Part shown: in pieces, positions 1 through 12,107 of the stretch
How the letters are laid out: each line of letters starts with the position of its first letter
How positions within the stretch are numbered: the first letter of the stretch is position 1
DNA from: Octopus sinensis
Lineage: Eukaryota
DNA: 64,000 nucleotides
Assembly (NCBI RefSeq): GCF_006345805.1
Contig: NC_042998.1
Coordinates: 152,830,001 to 152,894,000 of the forward strand
Reading direction: 5' to 3'
The notes under the pieces: model-generated
The model's database searches: none
What the model saw: only the letters and a program-made list of their open reading frames with translations
What the model was told of the DNA's origin: nothing
Translations under genes and position numbers: made by a program

Positions 1-248
1 TAATATCCTCCATAAACCCTCTATGGGACATATGATTCGCATGTTTATATATTATATTTTTTATTTCATTTTGATTTTTATTGTCTTATATTTATATTCT
101 TTTTATATTCTTCTATAATCTAAATTCTTATAATTTTGTACATTATTATTTATATTTATGGTTTTGTCATTCCTTGCATATTTCCCAAATTATATTGTTT
201 TCATAATATCCTGATGAGTATAGAATTTTTTTTTATACATGCGTGTGT

Positions 249-286
<38 letters not shown>

Positions 287-469
287 TTTTATCTTCTTAT
301 GCAAAATAGACTTGTGTGTATGTGTATTCGCTTTTCACGTTGAAACAGCTGTGCAAATTGCTTCCATATGGGATGCATGAATAATTTGGCCTTGGATACA
401 TAATAGGGTCTTCAGTCTCTTTTTTTTTTGATTAAAAATAAATAATATTGTTTTATATATATGACTCAC

Positions 470-614
470 TTCTTTAGGTTTCTCAATGTCAACTTCTGGT
501 ATTGATGTAACAATGGAGAAATTTTCCGTTTTCATTTCCAAAATCTCTCAATCTCTATTTTGATGTTCTCATTCAAGTTTTAATTCACTATTTGCAAACA
601 ACTACGATAAATTA
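470..614 (-). other. Candidate exon: 5' non-coding part plus ATG (535-533) and 22 codons MKTENFSIVTSIPEVDIEKPKE; gene unknown
   Basis: Strong acceptor tttctttcAG (616-615) and donor GTGAGT (469-464). All three frames are closed at the exon's 5' end. No recognisable homology. Confidence 0.25.
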
Positions 615-876
615 CTGAAAGAAATATTTACTAAGTTCACAAATTTAATACAAGAGCTTTTATTCATATTTTTTCATTTCAGGTTTATTTCATTCATTAT
701 TTGCAATGTTCTCACTCTCTCTCTCTCTCTCTCACACGCACACACGTGTTTTTGTAAGTATGTTTGTATATATTTATATGTGTGTGTGTGTGTGTGTTTG
801 TGTGTGCATGTATGTAAAAATGTATATATATGTGTGTGTATGTGTATATGCATGTATGTATGTGTGTGTATGTACA

Positions 877-1556
877 TAGTATCTGGACTGTTGCAATAGT
901 AATGAAGCTAAAGCTTGCAGAGTGAAGCTGCTCAGAGGCCTATGCAAAGTTTTCAAAAAGTTTTCACTGTTCTTGACACAGTCAAGGAGAACTTGTGCAG
1001 CTGAAACCTCAGTGTCTTTTTGGTCAGCTGAAAACAGTTTTGGCACAAACTTGGCAGACACATGTCTCATACCCAAATGGACTAAACTGAACCATAACTA
1101 ATCTGTATATCCACTGATAACTCAGATAGTGACCTGATGATCTCTCCTCATATCTGCATGCACATCTGCAATGTCTATCTCAGTTCTGCTGGTTGTGGGT
1201 CTCCCAAAACGTTCGTCAATATTGACATTTTTTTAGCCATCTTGGAAATGTCTGAACCACTCATGCACTTGTGTGCAGCTCATATACTCTTCTCCATACA
1301 CTTTCTACAACTATGTGTAAGCCTCTGAGTAAGTATTGCCATGGCAACTTTCTCCGTTATGGTCAATGTGATGATCATATGCTACACACCTTCCTCCCAA
1401 GCACTGCTGCAAACAGCAGAAGTGAGCTAGAGTGTTAAAACTTAGTATGCATGCACAGCAGAGATCAAGGTCAATCTTTACCAAGCGGCTCAACTCTGCA
1501 TGCTTTAGCTTTGTTACAATGGCAACAGTCTGGATACTTATTGATCAGACCTCGTA
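877..1556. mobile_element. Non-autonomous mariner derivative with inverted ends and an internal minus-strand transposase N-terminal fragment
   Basis: The ends are inverted copies (tatctggactgttgcaatagtaatgaagctaaagcttgcagag vs ctctgcatgctttagctttgttacaatggcaacagtctggata) and the right end is gatcagacctcgTA. ORF 774-1076 carries GMRHVSAKFVPKL, the mariner WVPHEL-equivalent linker. Confidence 0.85.
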
Positions 1557-1582
1557 TGTATATATATATATATATATATATA

Positions 1583-3206
1583 TCATCATCATCATTTAAC
1601 GTCCGCTTTCCATGCTAGCATGGGTTGGACGGTTCAACTGGGGTCTGGGGAGCCCGAAGGCTGCACCAAGCCTGTCAGATCTGGCAGTGTTTCTACAGCT
1701 GGATGCCCTTCCTAACGCCAACCACTCCGAGAGTGTAGTGGGTGATTTTATGTGCCACCGACACAGGTGCCAGACGAGGCTGGCGAACAGCCACGCTCGG
1801 ATGGTGTTTTTTATGTGCCACTGACACAGGTGCCAGACGAGGCTGGCAGACGGCCACGCTCGGATGGTGTTTTTATGTGCCACCGACACAGGTGCCAGAT
1901 GAGGCTGGCGAACGGCCATGATCGGATGGTGTTTGTTATGTGCCCACAGCACGGAGGCCAGTCGATGCGGTACTGGCTACGGCCACGTTCGGATGGTTTT
2001 CTTGTGTGCCACCGGCACTGGTACCACAAAGATACAAATTCCATTGATGTTCATCTATTCTGATTTGTTTTGATTTGATTTGATTTGATTTGATTTTATT
2101 TTCACTTGCCTCAACAGGTCTTCACAAGTGTCACAAGAAGGAAGGTATGCACAGGTGGACTGACTACGTCCCAGGTAGGGGCCACAGGTTATGGCCTGAC
2201 TAGTCTTGCCGGGTCTTCGGATGGTGTTTTTATGTGCCACCGACACAGGTGCCAGATGAGGCTGGCGAACGGCCACGATCGAATGGTGTTTGTTACGTGC
2301 CCACAGCACGGAGGCCAGTCGGTGCGGTACTGGCTACAGCCACATTCGGATGGTTTTCTTCTGTGCCACCAGCACTGGTACCATAAAGATACAAATTCCA
2401 TTGATGTTCATCTATTTTGATTTGTTTTGATTTGATTTTGATTTTGATTTTCACTTGCCTCAACAGGTCTTCACAAGTATCAAAAGAAGGAAGGTATGCA
2501 CAGGTGGACTGACTACGTCCCAGGTAGGGGCCACGGGTTATGGCCTGACTAGTCTTGCCGGGTCTTCGGATGGTGTTTTTATGTGCCACCGACACAGGTG
2601 CCAGATGAGGCTGGCGAACAGCCACGATCGGATGGTGTTTGTTACGTGCCCACAGCACGGAGGCCAGTCCATGCGGTACTGGCTACGGCCACGTTCGGAT
2701 GGTTTTCTTATGTGCCACCGGCACTGGTACCACAAAGATGCAAATTCCATTGATGTTCATCTATTTTGATTTGTTTTGATTTGATTTTGATTTTGATTTT
2801 GATTTTGATTTTCACTTGCCTCAACAGGTCTTCACAAGTGTCACAAGAAGGAAGGTATGCACAGGTGGACTGACTACGTCCCAGGTAGGGGCCACGGGTT
2901 ATGATCTGACTAGTCTTGCCGGGTCTTCGGATGGTGTTTTTATGTGCCACCGACACAGGTGCCATATGAGGCTGGCGAACGGCCACGATCGGATGGTGTT
3001 TGTCATGTGCCCACACCACGGAGGCCAGTCGATGCGGTACTGGCTACGGCCACGTTCGGATGGTTTTCTTGTGTGCCACCGGCACTGGTACCACAAAGAT
3101 ACAAATTCCATTGATGTTCATCTATTTTGATTTGTTTTGATTTTCACTTGCCTCAGCAGGTCTTCACAAGTGTCACAAGTGTCACAAGAAGGAAGGTATG
3201 CACAGG
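1583..3206 (-). mobile_element. 3' UTR of the PHD-type RTE LINE, with ~55-bp and ~350-bp internal tandem amplifications
   Basis: Begins with a (TCA)n tail plus tttaacgtccgctttccatgctagcatgggttgg, the reverse complement of the 3' end of the RTE at 20098-21985. Units restart near 1863, 2220, 2569 and 2930. Confidence 0.85.
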
Positions 3207-4227
3207 AGAGAGAAAAAGAGGATAAAGCAAAGAGACAGAAAGGGGAAGAAAGAAAAGAGGGAGGGAGAAGCATCCATGATGCAAGGTAGGGGGAATGTAA
3301 TATTTATAACATTGTTAAAAAAGTTAGTTTAAACCTCTAGAAGAGAGGAGTTAAAAATATAATTTTAGCAGAGGGGTGATGTTGATGGTGAGATTAAAGA
3401 AAGGCAGAGAGGCAAAAGTGAAAGGAGAGAGGAGAAAGAGAGGGGAGTGAGAGAGAAGAGGAGAGTTGAGGATGGTGGTGGTGGTGGTGGAGGCAGTGGT
3501 GACTGGACAGTAAAAAGTGTATTTTCTTTTAATTGAACTGTTTTTGTATATCACCTATCACTTAATGCATGTGCATAAGTGTAATTCAGTGAAATATTCA
3601 TGGTTATTTATGTAGCAGACATATGCAATTTAACTAAAGGTTGTATCATATGTACAGGATATTTCTTTTTTGTTTATGGGGAAAATGGAAAAATAAGAGT
3701 AAATATTTATTTCATGAGTGCTGTGTATTAAGGCTATAAAATTGTACATAAAGTATATAAAGTGTATATATAAAGTATATTAAGTAATCATCGACTTTCA
3801 ATTTCTTGCACTTTTCAATGATTAGCAGACAAGCAACTATCTTTCCATACAGAAACAACACTAGCTATGCTTTCAGGTCTTTTGGATAAAGTTTACCATT
3901 AATTCTGTGAAATATTCATGGGTCCCGCTAGTTAAATATAAATGTTTCATTTAAATGTAAAAAATGCAGCTTAATAATATCAGTTATTTTACTAAATACT
4001 TCATTTTTTCAAAATTAACTGAAACAAAGGTAATAAACATATGGTAACAAAAGAGTTAAAGGCATGAGTGGTAGAGATAGGGTGCTGAACATCATGAATA
4101 AAATGATAATAGATTATGACAAATAGTGAATTATCACCCCCACCCCCACCTGATCCCTTCATTGCTACCAGCATAGTAAACATTTGTTAAAAAGATAGTG
4201 AAATGATAATGATGATATACACTGTAC

Positions 4228-4414
4228 CTCTCTGTGATCTGTATTGAGTATATTCAATAATTTTTCTCTCTGTTCTGAATCCTTGAGTAGTAGGTAGAAT
4301 TTGCTAGAGTAACTGCTGGTAGCATTATTTGGAGAAGGTGGATATTGTGAACACAGAGCATCATCCCGCAAAGGGTCAGATGTTGTTGAAGAGGTAGAAC
4401 GATGTAGTTGAACA
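4228..4414 (-). CDS. MAP3K5: Internal exon (187 nt) of an ASK-family MAP kinase kinase kinase (MAP3K5/MAP3K15-like), post-kinase region
   Basis: Acceptor atttttcAG (4416-4415), donor GTACAG (4227-4222), and an open frame VQLHRSTSSTTSDPLRDDALCSQYPPSPNNATSSYSSKFYLLLKDSEQREKLLNILNTDHRE. From memory this matches human ASK1 PPSP..SGFFMLRKDSERRATLHRILTED. The paralog cannot be resolved from this exon. Confidence 0.8.
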
Positions 4415-5879
4415 CTGAAAAATATAGAATAAAACAGAAATTTTGTTTGAAGAATTATTTTCCCATATCCTTGAAAATTGTATTGTAGATTTCATTGACA
4501 ATATTTATTCGAGATTTCATGTAATAAGAGGGTTTAATGCAATTAATGAAGTGTTCATTTTCAATTATTTACTATAAAAGCAAAAATAACAACAAAGATT
4601 TATTTCATTTGATTAATTCTGGAACAAATTTGATTATTAATATCATTATATAAAGATTCATTGGAATATGTTTTACACAACATAACAGTCACTCAACCAA
4701 GAGAAAAATCAAAATAATTAAACAAGAAATTAAGTAAGTATTAGATAAAAGAAATTCATGGTGTGTAAATTTAAATTTAACATGTTCCTGCATGCTGGAA
4801 TATGACAAATATTTACTATGAGGCTCTTACAGAAAAAATTTCTTTTACAAGCTCACAGTGATATCAGTAGACAGCAAAACACAGTTACTGAATGATTTTT
4901 TGATTCTTCAGTTGTCAGTGGCAAAAATCATGCTGAAACATGTCATGCAGTCCATTGATATCATTCAGAGATTGGGGTCACTGCTTTTGCAAATAAGATT
5001 AATAAGGAGAATTTTTTCTCTGATATAAAAATCCTGCATTGAATATCTTTTATGTTCTAGTGCAAAGGAGTATGTTAAAAAGATAAATATACACATTACA
5101 TCCATTATTATTTACTTATAATACATTTTTATGTAGAAACAAAACTAGCAATCTCTTTGTGCTTTTATAGAAGGAAATTGGGTAGTTATGATATTTGTGT
5201 CTTTACACAGGGTAACAGCATAGCATAAACTAAGTGAAAATGTATCAGCAATTAATTGAAACTAGACCATGGACTTAGGTTAGCTGGAAAACTGATACAT
5301 CAACAATTACAATATTTATAATTAGCACTGGTAATACTTACAAGGAATGACAATAGAAAAACAAAATGACACCAATGAAAACCATTGAAATACAACAGAA
5401 AAAGATATGAACTGAAAATACGACTTAAATAAATATGGCCCCATATGCATGCACAAATGTAGAAATATATAACAAAGTTTTGACAAAGAGAAAAAGGTAA
5501 AGAAAGTTACTTGGCATGTGATTCCATAGCACCTTGATCAATGGTCTTCCACAACTTAATTAAAGACATGTGAGTGAAATTTTTTATTCGATGGAAACTG
5601 CATGCAAGCCTGCCATATACTGTCATTGTTTTAATGTCCATGTTTCCATACATGCATATGTCAGATGGAATAAAACAGGCAGGTTTTCTACAAAGGGATG
5701 CTTTTTCTGTCACTAACCCTCATCTGTTTCTAAGCAAGGAAATATTTCCTTGTGGCTACATAGGATATCATAAAATATTGGAAATGAATGACACCTCATG
5801 TATTACAATGGCAACCATTTACATCTATCAGTTGATGTCAAAACCAGGAGACACAAAAACACACACCTACACAGACACA

Positions 5880-6210
5880 CAAACATACACACACACATAC
5901 ACGTCGAACTTTGGGCAAGTGTTTCTGCTATAACCCAGGGCCAAACAGTGGATTTAGCACAGAGAAAATGAAAGAAACTTGTGTGTGTATCTGTTTCCTT
6001 GCCTTGCATAATAGTTGTAAATGATTGTCACTGGCATACAAGCAGTGTCACTCAATTTCCATTATGATGTGTGAACATGTCTGACCATCGAGAAATATTA
6101 CCTCACATGAAAAGAGGTGAGGGTTGGTGACAAGAAGGATATTAAGCTGGAGAAAATCTGTCTCAATAAATTCAGTTCAACCCATGCAAGCATGGAAAAG
6201 TGGACATTAA
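5880..6210 (-). mobile_element. Degenerate tRNA-derived SINE fragment
   Basis: Contains ttgggcaagtgtttctgctata and a ccatgcaagcatggaaaagtggacattaaaatgatgat tail resembling SINE and RTE ends elsewhere in the window. Orientation is mixed and uncertain. Confidence 0.45.
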
Positions 6211-6783
6211 AATGATGATTATTTATATATATAGTTCAAATTTACAGAAAACAAATGAAGACAGCTATAGGAACAACAAGTAGGTATATTAGTTTAAGCC
6301 TCAAGAAGAATAGAAAAGTCTTTTATATTTCAAGCCTACACTCATCGATAGAAAGGATTGAGAGAAAACAAAAATGGAGAGAGAAAGGAAAAACAACAGA
6401 GCGAGAAAAAAATGTGGTTCAACATGATGAAATGTATATACACAGACACACACACACAATGGGCTCCCTACAGCTTCCACCCACCAAATCCACACGCATA
6501 CAAAATAATGTATGCGTATACATGTACGTGTATGTGTGTGTGTATGTACATATATATGTACATATGTATATGTGCATATACATGTATATGTGTATGCATA
6601 TATATATGCATGCATGTGTGTGTGTGTGTATTGGTGAATGGATGAGAAAATTTGATCAATGAAAATGAAATGCTTAGTGTTATTTGATTTATATACCCTT
6701 ATATTTTAAGTTCAAATTATACTCATGTCAAATTTGAGAAAATAATACCTTTCAATAATGCATTGTGTTGATGTAATTGACAA

Positions 6784-7657
6784 TATGGTCTGATCCAGAC
6801 TGTTGCTATAGTAATGAAGCTAACACATGCAGAGTGAAGCCATCTGGCACAGATTGACCTTGAACACTGCTGTGCAAGTGCACTAAGTTTTAACATTCCA
6901 GCTCACTTCCACTGTTTACAGCAGTGCTTGCAAGGAACGTGTGTAGTGTGTTATCACTGAATCGACCATGACAGAGACAGCTGAACAGAGAATCTACATC
7001 AAATTTTGCCAAAAGCTTGGCAATACATGCTCAGAGGCCTATGCAGAGTTTTCAAAAAGGTTTCCTTCATTCTCCACACAATCAAAGAGATCTTGTGCAA
7101 CTGAAATCTCAGTGTCTTTTTGGTCATCTGAAATCAGTTTTGACACAAACTTGGCAGACATGCATCTCGTACCCAAATCTTCAGTAGTAATGGACTGAAC
7201 TAATCTGCACATTCTCTGATAACTCACGGATGGAGATTTGATGATTTCTCCTCACATCTGCATGCACATCTGTGATGTTTTTCTCAATTCTGCTGGTTGC
7301 AAGTCTCCCAGAACGTTCATCAATACTGACATTTTTTCGGCCATCTTGGAAATGTCTGAACCACTCGTACATTTGTGTGTGGCTCATACACTCCTCTCCA
7401 TACACTTTCTGCAACTTTGTGTAGGCCTCTGAGTAAGTATCGCCATGACAACTTTCTTTGTCGTTATTAATATGATCACATACTACATACCTTCCTTCCA
7501 AGCACTGCTGTAAACAGCAGAAGTGAGCTAGAATATTAAAACTTAGTGCGCATGCACATCAGAATTCAAGGTCAATCTTTGCCAAGCAGCTTTACTCTAT
7601 GTGATTTAGCTTTGTTACTATGGCAACAATCTGGATACTTATTGATCAGACCTCATA
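6784..7657. mobile_element. Non-autonomous mariner with long (~250 bp) inverted arms, both derived from the transposase 5' end; same family as 877-1556
   Basis: Plus ORF MTETAEQRIYIKFCQKLGNTCSEAY (N-terminal HTH). Minus ORFs TKLQKVYGEECMSHTQMYEWFRHFQDGRKNV..ERSGR and EDLGTRCMSAKFVSKL. Right end gatcagacctcaTA. Confidence 0.85.
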
Positions 7658-7719
7658 TGCTAGAGGGGAAAACTCCAGTACAGCCACAGGAAAAGAATAA
7701 AAGGACTTATGTCTTTATT

Positions 7720-8010
7720 TTTAAAACACAGTGGTATGTAAGATTAATCCTAGCATTAACTATAGAACTAGAAATGTAATCTACAGCATAAGGTGCATAG
7801 AAAGTGCTTGTAATGACAAAAACATGACATACATTGGAGAGACATCTCGAAGTATTGCAGAGATAATAAATGGATGCTTGAAGCAAAATGATGACAAAAA
7901 TGTCCTCCATACTCTACCAACATGCCAAAGACTGACATAGAGGCATAATGGGTCAACTTGACATCTGTATTTTATCCAAACACCTGAAGCACTCATCACT
8001 CAGAAAAATA
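7720..8010 (+). mobile_element. Penelope-like element GIY-YIG endonuclease fragment
   Basis: ORF 7731-7940 INYRTRNVIYSIRC..CNDKNMTYIGETSRSIAE (VIY..C..C..YIGET motif). Confidence 0.75.
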
Positions 8011-8125
8011 CAGGAGTACATCCTCATAAATGAAATGTCCACTGTATTAAGTAGCAGGTAGTGATACTCCAATACCCACATAATATACATACAGAGGTAC
8101 ATTTGCTTGTAGAATGTCAAGTAGG

Positions 8126-8220
<95 letters not shown>

Positions 8221-8422
8221 ATATAAAATAAATATTAGGGAATAAATCCAAATTTACAGGGAAAAATCAGATTTAGGATTGAATCCAATTTTATAGTAAA
8301 ATATTATATTATATTAAATTAGAGACAAAACCACTATTATGCAAATCAAACAAAGAAAGACATAAAATACATAAAATACATAAAATAATTTATAGAAATT
8401 TAGAAACTTAACAATTATAAAT

Positions 8423-8483
8423 AACCACTACGATCGTTTCATGTCTTATTTCAGCACATCTTTGAGACATTCTTCAGGTGGTT
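8423..8483 (-). ncRNA. Minimal type I hammerhead ribozyme, inverted twin of 8516-8576
   Basis: Exact reverse complement of the plus-strand motif. Confidence 0.85.
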
Positions 8484-8515
8484 TCAAAACCTTCTTGGCA
8501 AATTTAAAACTATGA

Positions 8516-8576
8516 AACCACCTGAAGAATGTCTCAAAGATGTGCTGAAATAAGACATGAAACGATCGTAGTGGTT
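8516..8576 (+). ncRNA. Minimal type I hammerhead ribozyme (predicted cleavage GUA| after 8570)
   Basis: AACCAC-CUGAAGA-AUGUCU[18 nt]AGACAU-GAAA-C-GAUC-GUA-GUGGUU: perfect stems I and II, intact core, palindromic GAUC loop III. Confidence 0.85.
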
Positions 8577-9274
8577 ATTTGTAATTGTTAAATTTCTAAA
8601 TTTCTATAAATTATTTTATGTATTGGCTTAAGTCTTTCTTTGTTTGATTTGCATAATAGTGGCTTTGTCTCTAATTTAATATAATATATATATGGGTAGG
8701 TAAATTGATATATAGGAAAACAGATAGATACATAGGTAAGTAGCTAGATAGGTACATAGGCAATATGGACACACACATACTCCACACATGCATACACACA
8801 AAGGTACATGTGGAGATAGACATCCATACATAACAAATGCACATACATAGTCACACAAACTCATACACACAGACACACTCAAATATGCATACAAATTCAT
8901 ACACAAGCAGGCACACAGAAACACATGCATATACAGAATACATACATACACACATGCATATGTACACACACGCATACAAACATGCATACACCAAGGTGCA
9001 CACATGCACACAAATGGAAAAAAGGAATACAGTTCCAATAATGGACAGTCAATATCCATTGACAAGGTTGCAAAAGTAACAAACATTTTGTAAGTAAACA
9101 AAAATATATAAATAATGAGTGGAAACTGTACCAGTGAGTGCTACATATTAAGGAATTAAGGCAATATGAATCTCCCCAGACACAAAAAAATTTGCTTCAA
9201 TACACAAATTCACATGAAGAGTCTTGCAAACCAGATACAAAAATGAAACAGTGTTTTGTATTATATGTATATAG

Positions 9275-9434
9275 GGACAGGAATGGCTGTGTGGTAAGAA
9301 GCTTGCTTCCCAACCACATGGTTCCAGGTTCAATCCCACTGCATGGCACCTTGGGCAAATGTCTTCTACTATAGCCTCATGCTGACCAAAGCCTTGTGAG
9401 TGGATTTGGTAGATGGAAACTGAAGGAAGCTTGT

Positions 9435-9469
<35 letters not shown>

Positions 9470-9862
9470 CATCATCATCATCATCGTTTAACGTCCGTTC
9501 TCCATGCTAGCATGGGTTGGACGGTTCGACCGGGGATCTGGGAAGCCAGAAGACTGCACCAGGCTCCGGTCTTATCTGGCAATGTTTCTACAGCTGGATG
9601 CCCTTCCTAACGCCATGCCCTTCCTAACGTGTATATATATACACATTTGTATGTATGTATTTGTGTGTCTGTGACTGTCCCTCCACCATCACTTGACAAC
9701 CAATGTTGGTGTGTCTACATCTCCGTAACTTAGTGGTTTGGCAAAAGAGACTGATAGATTAAGTACTAGACTTACAAAGAATAAGTCCTGGGGTCAATTT
9801 GTTTGACTAAAGGCGGTGCTTCAGCAATGCCGCAATCAAATGACTGAAACAAGTAAAAGAAA
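9275..9862 (+). mobile_element. tRNA-derived CORE-type SINE, interrupted by an RTE 3' end (~9468-9630, minus)
   Basis: A box TGGCTGTGTGG, B box GGTTCAATCCC, MIR/CORE-like ggcaccttgggcaa, and 3' tail ggcggtgcttcagcaatgccgcaatcaaatgactgaaacaagtaaaaga. Confidence 0.85.
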
Positions 9863-9884
9863 AAAAGAATATGTGTGTGTATAT

Positions 9885-10830
9885 ATCAGGATGTTTCACA
9901 TGAAATGTCATATTTGAAAGGTAACAATAAAATATTTCAGAAGTGTTAGAGAGCTGATTTATTTAATCAAAGTATAATTCATGTTCATTTATGACATTTA
10001 CATTTCTCTATGTCATATATTCCATCTTTAAAAAAAAATTCATCTTTTGCTGTGATAAACTGTCTGAATGTTTCAATTACCTCTTCTCAATTTAAGAATG
10101 TTTTATTGCTTATGAAAAGTTCAAAATGCTTAAATAAGTGATGATCAGTTGGAGAGATATCAGGGGAATAGGGAGGGTGTTGCAAAATCTCATAATTCAG
10201 GCTTTGGACAGTACCTTCAGGAATGTGAGGATGTGCATTGTTGTGGAGCAAAATTGGGCCATCTCTATTCACCAGTCTGGGTTGCTTCTTTCTTAAATTC
10301 TCATGCATACAGTCAATTTCCTGGCAATATGACGTTGCTGTTACCATTTATCCTTGTTGCAAAAATGAATAATGAATAACTCCCTTCACAGACCACCATA
10401 CAGTGACCACTAACCTTTTAGGGTGCAATGGTAAGTTTGGGTAATGTTTTGATGCCCCTCCTGCATCTAATCACTGTCCTGTTCTACTGTTGTCAACGAG
10501 TATTATTTCTCATCATAAGTAATGATTTGATGCAAAAATGGTATTTTTCCAGTCGAGAAAGTGCACACTTTGAGGTGTCTATTTTTTTGAATCTCATTCA
10601 GTTGATGTGGAACAAACCTATCAGTTATCTTGACTTTTCCAATTTTTTAGAGGAATCCAAAAACAGTTGTGCGAGATGTTTTCAATCTGACTGACAGATT
10701 TTTTAATTAGTTTTTTTAAACTAAATACTTTGAAACTTCGGATACTGGTAGAATGTGTCACATAGAATAGTGTTTACTCTTAACGTTTTTGACAAAATTT
10801 TGTATTCTAGAAACTATTCGTGTTAAAGTT
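9885..10830 (-). mobile_element. Degenerate mariner (D,D34D-type) transposase remnant
   Basis: ORF 10087-10347 with PILLHNNAHPH and LQHPPYSPDISPTD (YSPDL motif). Confidence 0.85.
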
Positions 10831-11689
10831 GTCATATCTGGGTAATTTTAACCAATCAATGATATGTATTCAGCTGAAGAAAATTACTGCTGCTGTTTGC
10901 AAACAACAACTTCTGGGTCCACTCCCCTAACAAAACCGTTCTTTAATAACCAGAGATGTTTTTATAGCAACATAGGTTGTGGCTGCATGACCTGCTAGAA
11001 AAAGTAGCCAAACGTTTTTTATATAGAAAATAGAAAAACCTCTGATATACACATAGAGTACATTATGTCTGAGAAGAAAGACAGAAAGGTTGCAGTTGGG
11101 GTGTCCTTGATCATATCTGTTCAATCAGATCCAACTTGGGACTAAACAAGTGACGAAGGGAACGAGACGAGGCAATGAGAGAGCCGTTACCTGGTTGCTC
11201 GAGTTGCTAGAAAGAGAAACCAAATCTTCCTGACAAAAAGAAAAATGAAATTTCCGTCTTCAAGAAAAAAAAATAATGCAAGTTTATATCATTTTATAAT
11301 GTTTGCTTAGGAATTCATTACTTCTAGAAAAGAATGAGACAAAATGGTCATGGCTGGAATGCCTTTTATCACAGATCCATTACAATCAGAGCTATCCTGT
11401 GGTAAAAACAATATTCTTCATTGAATGATGAAGCAGCTAAAGTTAAAGAAAAGTTGAAAGGATAAAAGATAGCAAGTATCCATATTCCAAATATTAGAAT
11501 TCCCTTATACACATAGATACATACGTACATATAAACACACACATATATACACAAACATACATATATGCACATATATACACAGACATATACATAGACATAC
11601 ACATATATCTGCATCACATTTAAACAGCCAAACCTTCATACATGCACTTGTATATGCATACGTATACATGCAAAAATATATATATACAT

Positions 11690-11736
<47 letters not shown>

Positions 11737-12035
11737 CTAGCAGTATTGCCCGGCGTTGCTCGGGTTTGTAAGGGAAATAACTATATAAACATTTTTAGAG
11801 AGTTACTTCCCTTATATACCCGAGCAAAAAATGCAGAAAAATGATGGTAAATTTTTTTTTAAATCATAGACTCATCGTAGACACGCGCTAATACCCAGAA
11901 GGGATCGATATGAATCACAACTATAAGATACCCGCTTTTGGTTAAACTGCACCGCAAAATGTGGGAGTAGTTAGGAATCTAAATCGGAATAGACAGACAC
12001 ACACATACGCACAACTTCATTTTTATATATAAAGA
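11737..12035 (-). mobile_element. Non-autonomous Helitron (299 bp)
   Basis: On the minus strand: 5' TCTTTATATATAAAA, 3' hairpin cccgagcaacgccggg, then CTAG; inserted between A and T. Confidence 0.8.
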
Positions 12036-12107
12036 TATACACATGCATACATGAACTTACATATGCATATACACACACACACACACATATATATATATGC
12101 ATACAAA

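Larger units (their letters stand above)
8233..8690. mobile_element. Short PLE-type terminal-repeat element forming a palindrome (arms ~8305-8486 and 8513-8688)
   Basis: The arms are reverse complements around a ~26-nt spacer. The left part is homologous to 36385-36700. It abuts a (TA)n tract. Confidence 0.85.

Noticed and set aside
1596-3130. Repeated Cys/His-rich ORFs and a CRISPR-like or satellite appearance
   Set aside because: These are tandem copies of an RTE 3' UTR. The repeats have no unique spacers and the context is eukaryotic.
5343-5410. Possible minus-strand exon (ttttcAG...|GTAAGT) with a hydrophobic translation
   Set aside because: The hydrophobicity follows from T-richness, and there is no homology support.
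9275-9345. tRNA-like A and B boxes (also at 19700, 28590, 40680, 51790, 59610)
   Set aside because: These are SINE heads with no complete cloverleaf, so they were not called as tRNA genes.
10927-11124. YVAIK kinase-like motif on the minus strand
   Set aside because: No glycine-rich loop or other kinase context, and a stop follows shortly.
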